Origin: Lingula anatina
Lineage: Eukaryota; Animalia; Brachiopoda
Assembly (NCBI GenBank): GCA_051362555.1
Contig: JBPQGU010000016.1
Span: forward strand, 2,232,001 to 2,296,000
Direction: 5' to 3'
Length of the DNA: 64,000 bases
The position numbers and the translations under genes were made by a program. The notes beneath the pieces were generated by a model. The model was not told the DNA's origin. It worked only from the letters and a program-made list of their open reading frames with translations, and ran no database searches. This document shows positions 58,306-64,000 of the stretch, piece by piece (within the stretch, counting starts at the first letter, position 1; every line of letters starts with the position of its first letter).

Positions 58306-60897
58306 CTAAATATGAAATATCGTTTTAATTGTGAAAGCTCCTATCATTGATATTGTCAGTATTACTGCAATGAGCATGACGTTACGGCCAAACCGCTGCA
58401 TGTCTCTAGGGAGAAGATAGCAACTGAATTCCACCGTAAGGTGGAACAACACGTACGATATAATCAAATAAATCACAGTTGAGAAGGCGAGATTTAGAAG
58501 CGGATAACCTGGAATATACCCTATAAGTTCTTTTGCGTTTGACTGCAGGTAGACGTGTAGCTGACTGAGATAAGTTTCAAGGGTAATTTTCCCCAGAAAC
58601 GCAAACAAGTTTAGATAGTGTGTCCTCGCTACTGGGAATAAGTTCCTGAGCACTATGAAAATAAGGATTGGGGTCCAGGAGGTGTACGGATGGAGCGCGT
58701 TATATTCGTGTTTATCTTTCGTCATGACTTCTTCGTACCATATGATACCAATTACGACGGCCACGCCCGCCATGCAGAGCTTAATCCCAAGAGACGTGAG
58801 ACGCTCTCCCTTATAGGACGCTTTTTCATCCAACCAATTCATTAGATTTTCGTAGTGCGGATAGTTATAGGCGCACAGCATTCCAACAAAAGTCGCCCAA
58901 TGATCCAAACCGCCTCTGAACGCCCACTCGTGCATTAAGGGATAATTCCCGTTATGGAACTTTAGGATAATCCAAGCAGGGTAAAACACCTTCTCACATA
59001 CCCCAGGGACGTCGAATATGATCGCATTTGCCAAAGCGTACGCTGCGAATTTGATGAGCATCAAAAAGCGGTTCTGGTTCCACGAGTTAAATGTGCGCAT
59101 GAAAATATAGACCGTTAAGAACCAGTACGTATGCATGGCGCAGATGTAGTAATTCATGTACTCGTTGTCGGTCACTGCACACATCACGATGACCAGGAAG
59201 TTAAGACGGAAGAGCATCTTGAGCATGCGCCACAGGGAAAAGTCTTTCCGAACCCAGAAGAAAGAAAAATTGCCTGAAAAAAAGAATCACCAGCCTAATA
59301 CATGATTTGGCCAATAACCAAACCATTCTTTTTTCTCGTCGGGTGACAATGAATATGAGTGAATATCCATCTTGCAATATTTGGCGTTTGTCATCTTATG
59401 CATGATTCTAATAATGTAAAAATAGTGTTGACCTAAATTAGATTGTTTTAGTGTGTGTGTGGAGAAATGATTTTGATTTTCCATTTGACTGAAAGGAAAC
59501 CCATAGTTAAGTTATTTGTGAGTGATCAGCCGTCTCAGAAACAGACCTACCGAAGCCTGTCATCCAGACATAGGCCGCGATGTACACGCGAATCCAGTTG
59601 TACCATTCCTTGGCGGCGAAGTAGTGGTACCATACAAACATCACCTGCATCCATCCTTTCCATTCTTCCGTCTGGTCCCTGTAAATGACATTGAGCGCCA
59701 CATGATTAAATTACCTTGTACTGTTACCAGAAATGTCTTGATGTGAAATAGTTTTTGTATTATCCATGACCCGTGTAAAGCACGCAGTCGAATGTTGAAG
59801 GCCTTTTGGCACAGGGTTGATATACATCATGATTCATAAATGTAGGTAAAACTACATTGTGCCTTCTTTAAAGTTTTGATTTCTTTTTACCAATAATAAG
59901 TTTCTTGTAGCATTTAGTTCCTTAGGGATAAGTTGGAGACAATGATTGAGATTCAGAAAATAACGGGATTCAGAAAATAATAATAATCAAAGTTGTACCT
60001 GTTTATCAGTTTATCAGCGGTTGGTGTGACGGTAAATGCACTTGCCACCAGGAACAAAAGAAACACCAGGAACAGAAACGTGTCTCGTACATAAACTCTC
60101 TCGGTGGCCGGAAACACCTGGGGAATGGAAAAGAGAAATGAAAGAAATCACGTGGTTAAGGCGCAGTCAGTACGTGGTCAATTCAAATATGAATACCACG
60201 TGCACATTGCTCTTTGCATTGTATAAATGACTATAACATTTAATACGGTATCAAGCTGAACCGTGTGTAAAGGCACAAAGGGTGAAGGTCAAAAAAAGTC
60301 ACGGCGTTCGAGTACATACACAAGTACAGGTAAAGGCTGCTATAAAAGAAAAATAATTAACGGTCCGCCTACCTTTCTGTAATCACAAAGATAAAAATAC
60401 ATCATGATGGCCCCAAACACCATCACGTATTTCAAAAAGTCGTCAAAAGAACATGGCGGCTTCACGCTTGTGAACGTCTTGTCGTTGCTCTTTAATTTCC
60501 CGCCATTTGGGAATTGTCCGTTATTTGGCTGTGTACTACTGACCACCACCATGTCAACTTTAACGCTATTGGATTTATTAGTTTCCCCACATATTTCAGT
60601 GCCGTTCTCTAGTTTTGTCAAAGTATCCTCAACTGCAGTCTTATGGTCAGCGGGCTGACCCTCTTCCCCTTCATCCTCAGCCTGCTTCGCTTTAATCAGG
60701 CCATCTTTTAGTGTAGGGGTCGTTTGGGTATCACGTTTACCCCGACAACGCCGTATCAACCACACCGCCCCGCATACCACCCATATGAGAAACAGAGCTA
60801 GCTGTTGGAGGGTGATTTCATGGCGGGGATAGAAAAAGACCGCCTTTGGTGTCGTTGAAGTGTTCTCTGCAGCTAAATTCGTCTTCAACAAGTCCAT
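58306..60897 (-). CDS. Cas1p-family multi-TM O-acetylation protein of the RWA (Reduced Wall Acetylation) type, 4 exons, ~579 aa
   Basis: Exons 60897-60373, 60117-59999, 59678-59551, 59273-58306 (1740 nt). Motifs [53 protein letters not shown]. Confidence 0.9.
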
Positions 60898-63158
60898 GGT
60901 GTGTCTTCGGCTTCTCCGATTCTAATTTGTTTTAATAATGGCGTAAATGGTTAATTGTGAAATATTTGTAGTGTGATCCACATGCCTCTACCTGGCGTGC
61001 GCACTGCTACTCCTTTTTTTTTCTTTTTGCCAGGACAAGATTAATTCCGCCAATCAAAGTCAATAAATAACTGATTAGTACAGCTAGCATTTAATAATAC
61101 CATCGTTGCCGGCCGCATTGTTGACTCGTGTAACTAAGTCACCCATAGTCCTCATATGGCCGATGTTTCTTCAGCCGTCATCTCTAGAAAAATATGTATG
61201 ATATACGTTTATTATTTTCAGTATGATCCATTTTGGCAATGTTTGAGACCAACAAGCTTAAACTATTCCCTTTGACGTGTCATCTGTCGTTTGTATCACC
61301 TATTGCCTCTATATAAACCGCTATGTTCTGCGAAATAGGCCTAATATGCTGGCATCGTAGGCTGAGTAGTTAAAATATTAATGCAGGCATTTGCTTGAAG
61401 GCAAAGTGAGCGCAATAAATAATACAGTGAAACAGATTTCTGTTCGTATCAGCTTGAAGGCAGAGAGAGAGAGAGAGATCAAATAAGCATTGCTCTGAGG
61501 CACAGAGAGAGGTGGTGGTGATGATGGCGACGCACTTTAATAAAATAGATGCCGTATACCCGCGTTAAACAATAAATATATACCGACCACGTAAGCACTC
61601 CAGTCTCTACTATTCTTCAAACCTTGCCCCTACCCCCCTAGCTTTACTTATTGGCAACTGAAATTAAATGCAAAAGAGCGTCTGGTGTGACAGCAATGGT
61701 GGTCGGCTAGGGACCGTAGTACGTACCCCATACGATGACATTTGTCCCAGATACTAACCCCAATACTCCGACTAACCCTAACCTGTATAATCATATGGGA
61801 CCCCGGACTTCAATTCCTAGGAATTAAGCGAATGAGAGAGAGAGAGAGAGAGACAGAGAGATGGCCAGGATGATAATGATGATAAAAATCGTACTCGCAC
61901 ACCTGTTTAGTATGCGCCGAATAAACATCATGTTAAACACTCCAGACCCCACCCAGCAATAACAGCATTGATAGGTAAATGACATTATATGCACAGGAGC
62001 TCCTGGCACTTTGTACCAAATGGCGACATCTATATTCTTTTCAAATAGTCATCATACGTACCTAAAATCGTGGCAGCCACGCTGCGTTTAGGTGCTTGAT
62101 CTAACAAAATAAGTAACGAGTTATATACGATTTAGATATTAAGTATATTCTTACCTAGACCCCAGGAGACAGAAGATTACAACGGTGCCTGCAAGTTCTA
62201 TCCCTACTAGTAGTCAGCCAAGTAGTTTGTCATATCGTCAGGAGGAGATCGTATGCAGACGATATCTTCTCCGAGTCGTAACACGCCCTCTGACACAGTC
62301 GACGTGGCTCTGTATATGCGTAGATCAGTATTTGCCTAGACTGGCTGCACTCACCCATAACGCTCCACCCAATACTGTATTTAACGCCCATCAATGAAGG
62401 ATTATATCATTACTGGTAAGATATACCGGTACACGGTGAGCACTCACGTAGTGGCTGTGTATCATTTTTTTTTTTTTTTTTTTTTTTTGAGACCCAAGGA
62501 TTGCAATTCATACAGTATACGTATATACATATTAAATTTATGGGTAGCATGTAGTACTACATGTAAATGGAGTGTGCTACTTCCTATATGGTTTATTTAT
62601 TGCTGCTGCTCTAAATTATAACTGAAAGGGATGACAACGCTTCATTTTGGCAGGAAAATTGCCATAAAATGGATTTTCTTGGTGCAAACGACAATTTTCC
62701 CATACTTTCCAATTCAAAGAAAGTTGATTGTTATATTTTTTTATGTGTTTTATTGTAATTATCTCTAAAGATATTATTATGGGGCGTAACAAGGTCCACG
62801 AGGTATGATGGCAAGTACAGACTCCAGAATAATTGCGATAATTGCCATTTAATTATTTCCTGTTAAAACGGGATATATCCATAAGTGTTGCTTACAATGT
62901 TTTCAATGTGGAATTTTGAATCTCATATGAACAGTATCTATCCTTTTAATCAATTCTGTTTATGCATGCATTTGTTACATAATAATTTATTCATCTAATT
63001 ATTTTATTCTATTAAATTTTAAGTTTTTAAAAATATTAATTGTTTTTCATTTATCTGTTGCTGAATACATTTTGCTTTTTGTTTGTTCTCGTATTTATTT
63101 ACTAGTGTTCACATTAACTTGAAAAGTGCTATAATTTTGATCTGTGCCCATATTTCTT

Positions 63159-63190
<32 letters not shown>

Positions 63191-64000
63191 ATTATTTTTA
63201 TTTATTTATTTATTTTTTAGTCTTGAAAAATACTTGAAATTCCTGTAAGCCTTGCAAAGGGCTTGTGTTCTATTATTATTGTCACTGGGAAGCATTGGGA
63301 TTTGATTATTAAACAATTTGTCATAAAATCACTTCAAATCGTGTGGTTTTAACTGAATAGAGACAATAATTTGCAGACGAAGAGGATACCCCTTTTTCGG
63401 AACGTCATTTTATTTCGTTCTTGTTTTTTGGTTGTTTATAACCTGCGATGCGTCGTCTATGTGTAATAATATAAAGTTTATGTGAAATAATGTTAATAAG
63501 CCATTTTCCTTCTGGTATGTGCACTTATAAATATTAGTAAGTTCCCCTCCTTTACTTTAATTAGTCCCTTAACATAGTAGTTCCTCCCAAAGTCACTGAA
63601 TTTGCATAATGCACTCATGCACAACAGACACCTGTTGAATTGTGTTAGTTGCGACTGAAAGGGATGTTCTTTCTCAACCGACACAATCATGTGTAGCTGT
63701 ATGTCAACTGTCTCAACTATATCATTTGATGCTTTTATAACTTATAACCGATTATACAAAGAAATAGTCGAAATGGAATTTATTAATAATCATGGAATTA
63801 TATGATTATATGATTACGATGTAAATGGACAGACTGAAAATTTAGGCGAGGAAGAAACCTTCTGAAGTCCAATCCTCTACCATATTTAGCATGACCATCG
63901 GCCAGAAAAAAAAAATAAATAATAAACATACTCCATTTTTTGTTCATTTGCCATTTAACATTATACTCTGCTAGCCGTAAACCTAACTTTTTTAATAGAT

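Overview
AT-rich eukaryotic (animal, probably marine invertebrate/lophotrochozoan; inference) genomic window with spliceosomal introns. In order: THAP-domain and Gypsy integrase remnants; a GIMAP/AIG1 GTPase fused in one exon to a Hedgehog-type Hog (Hint plus sterol-recognition-like) autoprocessing module; two paralogous orphan two-TM small proteins; an intronless UDP-glycosyltransferase; TTC38 (13 exons, minus); a head-to-head bifunctional pseudouridine glycosidase/kinase gene (17 exons, plus) with a U12 intron and two antisense claudin-like genes nested in intron 13; and a plant RWA-like Cas1 membrane acetyltransferase lacking the CASD1 catalytic domain. Many MITEs and non-autonomous DNA transposons, plus recurrent tandem duplications of exon boundaries. 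The top candidate for an undescribed system is the GIMAP-Hog fusion, a putative self-cleaving and possibly self-lipidating immune GTPase. All calls come from manual translation and motif recognition; no searches were run.
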